A stretch of 64,000 bases of DNA from Bugula neritina. Its lineage: Eukaryota > Animalia > Bryozoa. Each line of letters begins with the position of its first letter. Position 1 is the stretch's first letter. This document shows, one piece after another, positions 1-21,672 of this stretch. The notes under the pieces were generated by a model, which ran no database searches, had not been told where the DNA came from, and saw only the letters and a list, made by a program, of their open reading frames with translations. The DNA lies in NCBI GenBank assembly GCA_964035545.1, contig OZ037768.1, positions 10,882,741-10,946,740 of the forward strand, written 5' to 3'. The position numbers and the translations under genes were made by a program.

Positions 1-532
1 TGGGTAAGTAAAAGCTATTCAATTTATTTTACACTCAAAAGTACGGTGAAGAAATGCATAATTGAACAATACATTCAAATGTGCACGTACATCTCATCTT
101 ATACGGAATAACATAAAAAGTGAATAGGAAGTCACCTTGCAAGACAAATAACTAGTCAAATCACTATTATTACGTCATGTGCCAAGGCCAGTGGAAATAA
201 AGCTGAACAATATTATCATGTTCGAAAGTAATTCAAACCGTAATCAAAGGAATCTATAATTTATCGTTGCATAATACAAATAAAATAATGCAAATAAAAT
301 TGACACCAGCCAACATTCTTTACTAGTTGCTTTTTAAATTTAGTTCAATATATTTAATGATTGGTTAATTCCAATATATGTATTATAGCAAGAGAGATGT
401 AAATGAAAGACAGGCCTTAAAACTTTACGCTCTGCTAAGTAAAGCATAAGAGGTGGAGGCAAGTGCAATAGCTGTCATATGTCATATTCTAAGTATATCT
501 GTGGGTAATGGTGAGTGTAATTATATATCTAC

Positions 533-3500
533 CTGTTTTCATTGGTGAAGTCATACCGAGGGGAAGGATCATCATCGTGGTCATTAATGTCATAGCTAGC
601 CTTGTCATCCTAACACATATTCAACAGTTATTGAATATAAAATAAGTATTCAATAGAATTGAATAGTTACAAATATCAATAATACATTAATCTCTATAAA
701 CTCTTCATGTGAGATGAAGTTCTGAATCTCATTATTTTACAACCAGAAGAGCTAAACTGATCAAAGTTCTAAAAACTAGGCTTTACATTATTTGCATTGC
801 CCTAAATTTGAAACTAATATTGAAATCAATAGCAAGAAGATATTGGAAATGCAAACGTTAGGGCACAGCCCATAACGTATGGCATTATTAGGCTTCAAGT
901 TCACTGCAAACAAGTATTTATAAAAATCAATAAGATTGTAACAGTAATAAAAATTAGACTACCAACAACTCTCCCTAATTCGGCAGCAGCAAAAATAGGC
1001 AGCAGGTAAATAAATGCATGCTCACACACTATACATTTTTTATATATAGATACGCAGTAAATCTCATTAGGGATAAGCTGAAAATAGTACGAAACTCATT
1101 CTTTCACAATTCAATTCTTTTTTTCACGGAAAAGGTAATGCTTACATAGTTGTATATAAGGTCTGGGTGAATCTTTTCTATGCCATCATCTAATACTGTA
1201 ACAACCACCCCTTTACCAGTGAAGCCTTTTCTCCAAGCACCTTGAATATTCATGTCTGTAAGGCTGCTTCTTCCACTGTCTCTAGGGCCATGCTGTGAAA
1301 ATCAGAGGTACTGAAGCTACGTTCACCCTGCTACCAGTATGCATACTACAGCTCATGCTATCAAGTATACATTTATGTGTGCTCCAATGCTTTAATAACA
1401 TAAATTATGGTATAACGCAGCAAGTTAATAGATACTAAAAGACCATTTCATTATGTACATTGGATTTTATGGTCAAAATGCAGGACTAGACACTCTGGTA
1501 GACCACTTGGCAGGGATGAATGAAATGAAAGGAAGCATAGTTCCCATCAATCTCTCCTCTACAGAACTTCAAAGCTAATATATTCAGTATTTACAACCAA
1601 ATGAAACATGTCCAAAACAAATTGCCAAAATCTAAATGAAATGCTTCCATTTGCATAATTATGGGCTTTTTGTAGTAAAATTATACTCAAGCTAAAGGCG
1701 AGAAATACAGTTCATTATTGCAGAGACCTAGCAATATACACTCAGCGTGGAGATGTGACCAGATTTCAGATGATAATACTATGTTGAACTCATTTAGTAT
1801 GTCATGGTTACCCCCAAACCAAGGAACACAAATATGATATAAGAAATGAGGCAATATCATAATTGTGTCACCTTACCAGATACCATTGCGACAGATATTT
1901 GGGGTCTGAGAAAGGAAGAGAGTCTCTTTTCTTTCTCCTCTTGATTTCCTGTTGGGCCACCCAGTGCACCTGCAACAAGTATTCAGTAGGCAGCATTAAC
2001 ACCACTACATGGGGGCAATATTTATGTGACAGTTGAGTGCACTGTTGACACTGTCAACTGTCAGGACTCAGTGACATCCATTACGCTAGAATAATATGCT
2101 GCAACAGTTTTCAATGAAAATGATGGAAGAAAATATTTTAGAACTAGGCTTCCATTCCGTTATGTGGAAGAGTTGTGTTGGAATATATTAATCTTCGTGT
2201 TAAGTATATGTATTAGCAGAGTTTATGGTTAGCTAATCTTCATTAGCTAAACGCAGATTTTATCATTTGAACGCTTGCAGATACAGTTGAATCACTTCAA
2301 CACGCTGCAAATGGTAACCTTCAGTCATAAAATAAGCACTTTTATGCAGAAAGACTCAACATTAATGGTACATGGATAGTTGAGATGTATCTTGGCTCTA
2401 AGTGAGTGAACTGTACAGCTCAGGTGACATACAGACTGGTGAAGGCACCGGAGCCTACTTTATATTGTTTACATTGAACTGCATTGTATGCATTTTTTGC
2501 TCTCATAGATGTAATCAGGGCTGATTCCTGAGAGAGCAGTACAACAATGTTATACCAGCAAATATGTCTACTGGATCTAACTACCTATTGTTCATCTTCA
2601 TAATAATTGTAAATGACAACAAAAAACAAACTCCTTTGTTTGAAAGAGTAACATCAAACGTTATTTTTAATAGCACAGGCAGCAGTGTAGCACACAGGTC
2701 ATAAATAAAGTTCAAATGACTGTGATCAGTAATTATAATTGCTGCTGCTGCCTCTGGTCTCTTGGCAGTCTGGGGTGCAGCACGCTGTCCTATGACAGCA
2801 GCTAGAGTAGCAACTTTACAATGCTTGAGATATGCTAAGCAAAGTTATTAATATTTAGAATCATTGTTACGCCCTACAGCCCGATGACTTACATTTCTAT
2901 CAACTTGAGCTAATAGCCTTTCCTTTCTAAAATAATATAATATAATTGCTATAAATGTATAATATTTTATAAGAGAGTTCACATCTCATATCTTACTGAA
3001 AATCTCAACTTCACCAGCCAGTTTGAAGTCCTGGAACAGATTAAGCAATTTTTATTTCTCTGTCGTGGAACTTGTCACTATATTATAGATTAGGATTAGA
3101 ACCAGAACTAAACTGACCCAGTGACAACATCTGGCAGCATTTGTCAACTCGGTTACTCACCTCAGGATGGAGGGTCAGCTTAGAGTGGTGATGGTGACTA
3201 GCTTGCAATGATCTCTTCTTAACTTCGTGGTGTTGAAAGTGATAATATTCGTCCATGAACTGAAAATAAATGTAGTCATTAAAACCACATCCTCAAAACT
3301 TTCAACTGCACTGAGATGAAAAGAAAACATCAAGTATAAAAAACACCATTGAAAGTTAATTTAGCTATTGCTGGTTAGCAGTAGTAATGTATTTGTACCT
3401 GGTTTGCCACATAAGCTAAGTTTATTTAGCTCTAAGCAGAATTTAATTTCAAAATAGTAGTGCCATGATGTTCAGAGCAGGTGGCGAGTCGTTGGTCACT

Positions 3501-4876
3501 TAAATTTCAACAGTGAAAGAGAGATATTCTTAATAAAAATATTGTAAGTTGTAGGACAAACAGCCCAGTAACCACAATACTTCCACTTGTAGCAACAGAA
3601 CAATTTAACCATGTTTTCAACAAATTTCTTATCTCCATGGAAACCACAAGGTAAACAGCAAGATAGTTGGCAGTAAGCATTTATTAAGGATTAATATATC
3701 TGGTTGATGAATGAATAAATCATTTCAGTATTGACAGGAAAAATGGCATTAGGTAACCCTGCTGATGTCACTAAACTCTAAGCTGCCCCCTAATCAGTAC
3801 TAATGGCAGCAAAGCTAATGAACAATAACTTGCTAAATCAATAGTATGGTATGTTCCATATATGCTGCTGCTTCTACAAGACAACTTGCAGTGTGATGTC
3901 GACTGTTATTAGCAAAGTAGCAGAAATACAAATAATCTTACATGATACGCGATTGGGAAAAGATGGCTACAGATAAATCTTAGGATAACACTTAACTAAG
4001 ACTATATTGACATTGACATTCAGTAGTGCACTTAGTGAACCCTTTTAAATCAATAGTCATGGTTTGCTGATTGTTTTAGGAAAGTTACAGCTGCTGATAA
4101 TCACCACTGCTGGCCATTATCTTCAACCAAGACAACAATTATGAGCTTTGAATTGATAGTTGTCAAATAAATTAGGTTAAGGTGCAAAAGTAACATCTTG
4201 CTAAGTGTTTGTATCAAAAGATGCAGGCATATGTTCAATAATCTATATTGAACTGAAAGATAAACAGAAAGGATATGCTGAGACAAAGCCTTTCACATTA
4301 CTTAGCTAATTACATAGTTTAGTTTTTTGTGCAATTCTGCAAATACCTAATACTTGTAATACTGGCCTCTTACTTCCTGATACTAAACTGTAAATCGGCC
4401 CTGGAATGAGCAGCTGCCAAATCCTACATTGGTTCTCTGGGGGTCGTAGCTATTAGTCTTTACCTTATAATGTTTAGGTAACACCAATAACATGCAGTGA
4501 ATCACTAAGTCTATAAGGCATTTCAAGGATTCAACCACTAGTTATAGGGACTGCAAGTAAAGGGCCAGTTCCCTTTATACCTGCTGTCACTAGTTGCAAA
4601 GCTAAAAATATGGGTACCTTGACATAATATTTACTGATCAAATATGTATGCTGAAATATATAAGCAGTGACAGGCATGTTGCAATGAGTGTTTATTGTAT
4701 ATACAAGCAAATACCTTGTTGAGGTAGACAAACCCAGTCTCCTCTGCCACTGATCTGGCTACTCTCTCTCCTCCTTTAATATGCACAGCCCACAGATTAG
4801 AGTAGATGGCAGAGTATGTCAGAGGTATGATGGAGCACCAGATGATGAGGTAGATGGAAGAAGTTCTCGGCCACAT
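533..4876 (-). CDS. furin-like: Furin-like proprotein convertase (subtilisin/kexin, S8B), 5' five coding exons; gene continues past the window start
   Basis: Phase-consistent GT-AG exons: 4876-4715 (MWPRTSSIYLIIWCSIIPLTYS signal peptide, then YSNLWAVHIKGG), 3259-3161 (FMDEYYHFQHHEVKKRSLQASHHHHSKL), 1969-1877 (VHWVAQQEIKRRKKR/DSLPFSDPKYLSQWYL, prodomain cleavage site), 1292-1146 (DMNIQGAWRKGFTGKGVVVTVLDDGIEKIHPDL, catalytic Asp), 609-533 (ASYDINDHDDDPSPRYDFTNEN). Furin versus PC5/6 cannot be settled from this part alone. Confidence 0.93.
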
Positions 4877-7845
4877 TTCCGCTCTGTAAAATAGCTGCTT
4901 TGTATGAAATTTACTAGGTAACTTCATTGCTGCTATACACATAAATATGCAATTCAATATTTTATTTTCAAGTATTTTGTAATTTTGCTATTATTTAATC
5001 AAATGCTAAAAATTAAAACTAAAATTAAATGTAAAGTAAATGTAGTACGGTGCAGCATAGGGTTCACTTTCAATTAAGACTACTTGAATTCTGCTAAAAT
5101 TGTATATCATATAAATAATGACAATTATACCAAGCTTTAGCTTCCACAATTTCCTCTTCTAAGCATTTATATGTTTAATAAATTTCATTAATAAGTTCAA
5201 CCTCTCCTAAGTAGCAAGTACATTGCACGTGCCTAGCAGCTTAGGTCTGCAACTATAAGTAGGATTTTAAATGTTAAAAATACGATTGTAATACCACTCT
5301 TAATTAGATCATACACACAAGATTAAGGCAATTGGGACCAAGCAAGTAACTAATGAGTGAATAATAAAGATGCTGGATTACCTTGCCCTAAAAGTAATCA
5401 TCACCTATTGGTTATGATAAAAACATAACTTACAGTAGATTTCTAATCAACGAAAAGTACCAAAACATGCAGTTAACAAAAAATAGGTGATCAACTTTCA
5501 CCAGAGAGTAAATTCAGTTGAAAACTTGAAAGGCCCGTTGTCTGGAAATAAATCTAATCATTATAGATTATGCCACCTACTTGAAAAAAGTAATTGGGTA
5601 ATCAAATGTGATTTGGGTACTCTGGCACATGAAAGACAAACTAATGGTATTATGTTCCATTAGCACTTGTACCAACATCTAATCACCTCAACTTTTTGAA
5701 GCCTAAAAATGCTTAAAGGTAGTAAACTACCACAAAAATATAGTAAATTTAGAGGCATCCTACTGCAGAAATTATCAATTTAAACTTAAATCAAATCTAA
5801 GGTAACAAATGTGTAGTTAGCTTGTTAAATAACTTATGTCCTTAGTAATTTGACGGCATGTCAAAATATGTTTTTAATATTTTATATCTACAAATTACAG
5901 GAAATTTTCCAGAATTATCAGCAAAAATAAAATAAATGATAATAAGAGTAGTAGCGTACATGTTCCCTCCGTTCCAGAAACACACCAACATAATGCATTA
6001 TTACTGTTATGTAAAAACTGGTTACATACGAAGCATATTTTATTGAGAACAGCTCATAGTGTGAAAAACAGCATTTGATAAATTTATATTCTTTCTTGCA
6101 AAATATATATCATTTTTCATTGTAGCTCATACCTGACTAAGAATGCATGCAAAAAAAACAAACTTGTAAAATAAAGAATATATTTTAGGTTACTACGGCT
6201 GGAGATACTGCCACGAGTGCCACATAAATATAGTTGTAATTTGATAAAATCATTAAGTGTTTTATGTGTAACACTTGATCGTCTAAAATTCCACTTAGAA
6301 GCAATATAATAGAAAAATTGAGATAGCCTAATTTCTTTAATTTTATTGTTAAATTTTGGTTTGGGGTGCAGGTTGAAATTTATACCTTATTTTGCTAAAT
6401 TTCTAATCTAGAACACAGGCATTTCTCAATTACCGCACCTACCTCCAATTTTTAAGATACCCCTCAGCCCAGCAGCTATCGAAAATTGTTTTATAATTGA
6501 TTATCAATATTTAGTCTAAAAAAGTGCTATTAAATAAATTGACTGAATACAAGTGGCTTATATATTTGATTAAATCTAGAACTATAGTTTTGGGTAGTCA
6601 CTTAAAATTTTAATCCAGTAGAATTTAAACTAGACATCAGGAGCTAGCCATTTCTGTTAACTTGAAGTATTGGCAACTCAAATTGCTAAACTTTAAATTT
6701 TGCATTCAAATAAGTTTAATTATAACTTATACTATATTCTTACAAATGGTTGCAATAGTTTAACAACTTATTCACAACTTCTGGGAACTAACTGTGGGTG
6801 ATGTTCTGGAGTATCAAAGTTAAAGTTGGCTGAATGGGTGAATAAAATGACACTAAATCTGAATATAGATTAAAACCACACTAAATTATAGAATGGTCAT
6901 TGGACTTGACCTTAGCCAAAACTACTATTAGTTTTATTAATAATACAAATTATCACTCAGTTACAGGGAAGTTTACTAATAGTTGTAGCTCTACGTATAA
7001 GTATAGGTATTGGTCGATGAATAATTAAAAATTTATGCTAACGTAAATCATTATAATAATTAGACTAATAGTAGTATAATTAGTTATAGTTATCATGAAT
7101 GCAGTCATATCTATACCCAAGGTTAAAGTGATAGGAATCAGACAAATGTAAATAACTAAATTATTATATTAGTAACAAAACAAGATGAAAAACGCTTTTT
7201 GGGGCTGAAGTGAATTAAGAGAAATTATTATTATTATAACAAACCATTCTATAGTAATACTGACAGTATGAGTATGAGTATTAGTATGAATATCAGTACT
7301 ATAACATTAACTATGTTATTGTTTAATAAGCAAACCAAAGTGGGTGCAATTATAAAATTAAATGCAAGCTTAGCAATAGCTGCAACTTGATCTTGACTTT
7401 TAGTTTTAATAAAACTTCTAATTTTAATTTTATTCTTTGCTAAAATTAAAACTTAAATAAACTGTTACAGTAATACTATTAGTATTACTATTATTCTTTA
7501 TTGATAATCAAATAGTATACTAATAGTAATTAGTAATACCACCTGATTTTTCACGAAGCAAGTGCAAACTGAAGTTCAAATTAATTCCTTATTTACTTTT
7601 AGATAATATTTAAATTAATGAGTATCACTATTACTATTAGTATTACTATTACTATTACTATTAGTATTGGTACTACTACTGTCATTATCATTGCTGTAAT
7701 TGTTGCTAGCTTATCCTATTCATTGACAGTCAAACTGAATGTGATAGTACCTACTGATACTTATACTAATTGAGATCAAATCAGACTGTCTAACAGTAAC
7801 TTGAACTTTCACTTTGACAAATACTGATAGTCATAATCATAGTGA

Positions 7846-7945
7846 TAGTAATACTAATACTAATACTAATACTAATAGTAATACTAATACTAATACTAAT
7901 ACTAATAGTAATACTAATAGTAATAGTAATAGTAATAGTAATACT
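7846..7945. repeat. (ACTAAT/AGTAAT)n hexamer microsatellite inside a larger degenerate low-complexity tract (~7040-7950)
   Basis: Directly visible tandem atacta/atagta units. Confidence 0.9.
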
Positions 7946-8098
7946 GATTGAATGACCCCAGACTGATGAACTGGGGGCTATTCAATTACATTTCTTGCAA
8001 ACTTTGACAATGCATTTGCTCACACAAAATAAAATATAAATTTTCTAATTACTTACTAGATGTTGAATTGAATTTAGTCGTCTGTACAGTTTTCTTAC

Positions 8099-8200
8099 CA
8101 TCTTAAGTAAAATAACAATTCTTGAAACCAAAAATACCTCCACAACCCGAAAATGTTCAGTTACTTCAACATGTGCGCAAAGCACGTTGATTGGCTATTT
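8099..8200 (-). promoter_or_regulatory. Probable non-coding first exon and promoter of the furin-like gene
   Basis: The ATG exon is preceded by an acceptor (ttttacag near 4885), so an upstream exon is needed. A strong donor TG|GTAAGA lies at 8098, and a CCAAT box (attgg on +) near 8190. Confidence 0.35.
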
Positions 8201-9605
8201 AGTTTTGACCTTTGACTCTTTTGCTTGATTGTATGATACTAATAGCATTTTCGAGTTTTTAAGAAAGCACAACTTCGTTAGCGTACATCAAATAATGTTG
8301 AAAACATAACTCTCAAAGTCTAATGTAGGAGAGCGAGGTTACCATTTCAAATATTATATTTAGAGCACAATACTATACAAAATAAAAATACTTTTATTGT
8401 GAGAACCATTAAATTAAAATTGCTGTACTTGTAAAAACAAAACGCACATATTCTTTTGTATATTGTGTATGTATAAGCATGAACCAGGTTTTCTGTTGAT
8501 GCATATATTATAATTTACATTGATACCATTTGATATTGGCAACAATTTATATTGCCTTTATATAGATCTAAGAAAATTTAGCAGAAGAGTAAGAAAAACT
8601 GCTCATTGACAAAGCAATCTAACTAAATCATGGCAATGGCTGATGTGTTATGGGTTGTGACAGTTCACAGCAATGATACTACAGGTACTACTTTAAGTTA
8701 TTGGCCAAAACAGAAACTTTCAATTATAGCGGTTTAATTCCACCAATTTATCTTCATTTTTGAATGCATGCAATAGACTATTACAGTGGAGGTACTATCA
8801 AGTTTGCCGAAAAATGGTGGAGGCTATTGTGTACAAATTTTGCATATACCATCATTTTTGACCACTGCTTCATAAATTCATAAAAGTATAGTTCACCAAT
8901 AATAAAATAATACATGCATAGAGCAGAGCCATTTGCTGACAATACAAGTTATATTTATGTTTAAATTAAGGTAAAGTTTGGTTGACTAATTGGTTGGTAC
9001 ATACACCAAAAAATAATTAAATATCTGTACGCCCAAATATACACCAGCATACATAATCAATTATTTAAACTTTTTTTTATAGACTTTCTTAAAGTTTTGA
9101 ACAAATACAATAAAATATAAGTTTCAAGCAGTTTATTACCACCCATCATGTACAAAAATTTATTTCTGTCAAAGTAGCAGAACACTCCAAAATATAGAAT
9201 CAACTATGTACTGGCAACTATGTAATAACAACTATGTACTAGTAACTATGTACTAGTAACTACTAGCAAACGAGTGACACACAGGAAGATAATTTTTAGT
9301 TGGAAATATCTATAAAAATATGATTACTTACACTGATTCACTACATTATATTACTGCAAAACATTCAAACTTGAAAAAATCTATAGAGTACTTTAAAAAT
9401 TGAAAATGTTGTAATAGTTGAGCATTAATGCCCAAAACACCACTTAAAACTGTAACTGAGTTAGGCACTGAAAATGTGTATATATTTTCTGAGAATACTA
9501 ATAAATAATACAAAAAATAATGACACAACACACGTTGTCCTGTAAAAAAAACTCAAGAAAGCATCATTCTAGATCTGTCCTATGTGATGACATAAAAGCA
9601 AATAC

Positions 9606-16821
<7,216 letters not shown>

Positions 16822-17086
16822 CCTCTGCAAATATAAAAACAGTCCCACAGTATATTTAAAGAGTTCGTTGTTTACACTTGTTAGCTTTGCTTGTGTTTTT
16901 TTGCTTTTTAGGTTAATGAAATTTTGCTTGAGGTGACAATAAGCCTTGGGCCACACGGTACATATTTTCGCAGACAAAAAGTTTGAACCACGAGTAGAAA
17001 AGGTGTTCACTGTACGGAACATAGCATCAGTAAAATCGAAAAACTACTAGCTAATAACATTTGCATTTAACTTTACTGCTCACCTT

Positions 17087-17100
17087 GTTGCTATGGCTAC
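17087..17100 (-). promoter_or_regulatory. RFX X-box in the 5' non-coding exon of the CCDC177-like gene
   Basis: Minus strand reads GTAGCC-AT-AGCAAC, fitting the X-box consensus GTHNYY-AT-RRNAAC. It lies 3 nt before a donor AAG|GTGAGC (17083) that can splice to the ATG exon. Confidence 0.65.
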
Positions 17101-17864
17101 ACGTGCGGGATAAATTAAATTTTCATTTTTAAATCTCACTTGCTTTCAATAAAACGCAATTAACTGGAATGTAGCACTAAATTAAAAAAAGTGGGCTCGC
17201 TAAATAATTACCAGCCAATTAGGTGATGACGACAGAAACAATTTGCACTTGCGTTCAGAATGCTGATCGACAATGGCAGTGCAAATATTCGTCTGCGAAA
17301 ATAAGCACCGTGGCCTTACGCTAATGCCTTACAATCACCATAACATTATGCAAGCTAGGTTCTGGTTTGCACTTATAATCACTGAAATGGAATACATTTA
17401 TTTCAATTCAGTGCTTAAAATATAAATTAATAGACTTCTACTGTCCTGGTGTACATTACATTGCATCACCTAAATTTACATTCTTTTAATGCCACAATAT
17501 CTAATAGGATCCTTCAAATCAAGTTGGGCAAGTCAAGCCAATTCTCATAACTTTAACTATTCAACTGAGTTATTAAATCTAAGATAGTCGGCAAGTGCTC
17601 AAGTCACTTCGATTTTGGGTTCACCAAATGGCATATTTATAAGTTTTTATAGTGTGAGTAAAATTACTATGATGAAAAAACAAAATGACCACATTGATAA
17701 TCCGCACCAATTAGCTGCAATAATAGTAAATTACTTAGTGCAACATACAACTGTGAGCAGCTGTCATAGAGCAATAAAATTAAATTAACTTGTTGAAACA
17801 AGGTTATTGCTGCATGCTCATTAAAGAAAAAATTGCTCTGGCTTAATAGAGCTACATTTAGTAA

Positions 17865-18220
17865 GCGTAGGGCCACACCTCTAGCCCAAGAATGGGCTGT
17901 TGTGTGCAAATTTTTATGCGGGTAACATGCTTAGCGGGAAGTGCAGAAAGCTCGTGCGGGTCTGATTTAATTGGCTGATTACCCTTTAGCGAGCACACTT
18001 TTAATTTCAACTCGTGTTTTAGTTTTTAGTGATCTGAATTAAAACAGTTTCATATAGTTTGCATTTCCGCTTTTATAATATCTAAAGTCACTTTGCCAAT
18101 GACGCAAATTTAAAAACAAATGTCTATAGACGAGCAGTAAAGTTAAACTCGTCATTCCCGGAACGGGATTTCAAAAAATTGGACCCGCATGAGGGAAACC
18201 CGAGTCGTGTGGCCCTAGGC
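17865..18220. mobile_element. PIF/Harbinger-type (Tourist-like) MITE
   Basis: 14-bp TIR GCGTAGGGCCACAC ... GTGTGGCCCTAGGC (1 mismatch), flanked by TAA on both sides (17862-17864, 18221-18223). Related copy at 27535-27738. Confidence 0.8.
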
Positions 18221-19429
18221 TAATTAAAACATAGCCATAAAAAGTTGGCAAAGGCTTTTTTCAAAATAAATCATTAAGAAACTTAGTTATTTAATTTATT
18301 TCACTGTTAAACTATATGCTATTATTCATACACTCATTTTCAACAAGAAAACCAAATTGATAAAAATATTTGAAAAATTGTATAAATGTTTATGTAACTT
18401 GCTAATATCAACTCTAAAGAGCAACATATTTAGAAGAAAAAAACTGCTAAGATAAAGACGAGCTATGAACTGCATTTAAAACTGGCATATCAAACACTTT
18501 TACACATTACACCACAAAACATTTTACAGAGTTAATATATAACAAACTATAAAATTGTTACTGTGTGCTAAAAAATAAAATTGTTTAAACAACTGAGAGC
18601 CATATATGTGCATTCGCAAAAGTCTATCTGTTTATGATAGTCAATTCAACTTCAAAATATAAACCTATCTTAATACTGCATGATGTTGATCGAGATTAGA
18701 GTAAGTTCAACATGAAAAATTTATTTACTCATCCCACAAAATGTTAAACCAACATTTAATTTGTTTTAAGTAATGACTAAATAATTGTGAAAAGCAAGAC
18801 TTGAAGCAACATATTTTTCTAGTAATCAATAAGATAAGGGTTACTAGCACTGTCATACATAGTTCAGTGTGAGTTTTACACTTGAAGTTATAACAAATGT
18901 TTATGTGAAAATAAAACTAAAAATGAAGCTTATCAAAAATACTAAAGTAAACTGGTTCATTAAAAAGTAAACAACAATGATTATGAGCATGGCTACACGT
19001 CTATAATACTAAGTTACTATAATCATCAATTATAATTTATTAGCAGTAATACAACCACATCCATGTTATCAATACATTTTTTAGTATAAGTATAACAAAA
19101 GTTTTATATTATATTAACTATTTGTCAGTATGAGTATGACCTCTAAACTGCTCATCAACCTTTAAGTTTAACTCTCATGAAGATTATGACTTGTCATTAT
19201 CAATATCACCCACTGAATCTTACCATTGTTTTATGGCAATAAAACTCTGAGCCACATTTACATTAAGAGCACTTTAGCTTCTCTTGATAATAATTATAAT
19301 GCTAAAAATGTTGCATTTATATAGTTGTAGCAATAGTTATTGCTATACTTGCCATAATTAGCATACTGATTGTGACTACAAGACCAAGGTAGCAAAGTAT
19401 GCTTATACATTAGTTATACAGTTAAACTT

Positions 19430-20400
19430 AACATTATACTACTACAGTACTACAATCACTATAACTCTTACTATTGGTAATAATATAAGTATTTCTATTA
19501 CAATAACTAGAAATAGAAGTATTAGTATTCAATATTTCCTAATACTAATACTAATAGTAATTCTATAATTTCTATTTGACTCAAAGTTAGACTGTTAGAG
19601 AAGTATCTGAGTTACTGCTAGTAGTAACTTAGACTCGGTATAACTAATAATATTACTATTACTATTGGTATTTTTATAGTAAACTTGGTACAGCTACAAC
19701 ATTAAATAGTAAAATTATTACTATTAGTAGGCTATAACTATAAATTAAAATATGACACTGGTTCTCAGTATTCTTGCTAATTTTACTTCTAGTAGTTATA
19801 CTTACTACTAGTACTGTACTAGTACTAATACTTATACTAATAGTATTACTGTAATAGTAATAGTAATGGTGACACTCTAAGTCTAATAGTAATACCAATT
19901 GATTATCATTATAACCAATACCTATACCCATAGTTATACTACACGTTAAGTTTAACTAGTCCGTTAGATTTAAAATTAGACTCATAGTCATGGTCATTAT
20001 GATTATCATTCCGATAATTTCTATTAGTATTACTATTATTATTAGTATTACTGTTATGAATATTATAACTGTTGGCGTTGCTGCAGGTATAACTATTACT
20101 ATTACTATTAGTATTAGCATTAGTATTAGTATTACTATAAAAATAAAATAGGCATAAGTTATTAAGTATAAATTACTATTAGTATTACTATCAGTATTAC
20201 TATTATTATTATGATTATAATTTTAACTTCAAGTTTATACTAATACTTACCGTTAAGCTAAAATTTAAATTCAAAGAAGTTAAACTTAATCATAATGATA
20301 ATCATAATGATAATGTTATCCACTAACTTCACTACTTCTACCTGTACTTGTTATACTTTAACTTATTCACTTATTCAGTTATTGTAATTATTCGATATTG
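19430..20400. repeat. Degenerate ATTACT/AGTATT hexamer low-complexity tract
   Basis: Visible runs such as attactattagtattagcattagtattagtattact. Confidence 0.7.
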
Positions 20401-21672
20401 CATAATTAAAAACTATAACGGCTCACCGTCTTGATGAACCATTGACAAAGCTACAGTGAAATGAAAGTAGTGTAAAACTAAACGTTCGCTTTGAAAAGTT
20501 CAATTAGTCCCAATAAATTACAAAAGTATAATGAAGCCACTTACAGAGAGCAGTGAGAGCTTCCAGTTTCAAAAAAGACGCCCACAACCTTAGTATTTTT
20601 TCAAGTTATGACTGTTTATTAAAACGGGTTGGAATGACGCCCCTAAAATGTTTAATGTTTTGAATCCTTAGCCTCGCAGGTTTGTGTAAAGTTTATGCTG
20701 GAAAGACAATTCCAGTCATCAAGAAACTTTCAGCTTCAAATTTTCAGCTAGCTTAAAAAAGTAGCAATTGCAACAAAAAATTTTTATAAGCTCAACTTCT
20801 GTTTAGTGACACCTACTGTACATGTCTCTCACTGTTAAACTTTACGTCAATAGAGCAAAATGCCATTAATGCTACTAAGATTATATCTAAAACACTAAGC
20901 AATTGCAGACGGGTTTATTAAGTTCAGTAAAGCTGTAGTTACTCTAGGCATTATAATTATGCAGAGCAAATAATTATTGTTGGTGATGTTTCAGCTATGC
21001 GAGTTAGGATTAATTTTTATACTAAAATTGAATACAGCTATAGATTAAATATCAGAAAGTTCTCAATTAATAAATCCTCTTAGTCATAAGTTTGTAAGGC
21101 TGAGCTGCATAAATCTTGGTAACTTTTTAAATAGAAGAGCTGAATGCTTGAGTATGCTAAAGTAATAGTGTGAAAGTTCAACACCTCTAAACTTATATAA
21201 CCTAAATTTTACAACTCACTGCATCATAAAAAGCGGTCATCAATTGTTTCAATCTCTTTAGCACTTTTGCAATTTTCAGCTGCATCTGATATTGCATGTT
21301 TTAGTATTGTAGTCATCAAAATTTCATTTGCATCATTTGGTTTAGTATATCTCAATATTCATAGCTCCCATGAGTAAATATTTACGAAAAGTGCTATTTC
21401 CTCACATTGCGTGTGTGTATAAATTAAGAATGTACGATGAAATTTTAATACATTAACATGTTATTACTATTATTTAATTAAAATTTATCATATACGTTCT
21501 AGATTTTATACACTCTGCTCTGCATTGTTTTTTAAAATCTTTACATTGATAGATGCAATGCAAAAAAATTGATAGCATGCTTTAATGGCAAATTACTACT
21601 TATTTATAAACAACCAATGTTAAGATGAGCATGTACATATTTTATTTGACATAGCATCTTTTTACAACCATG

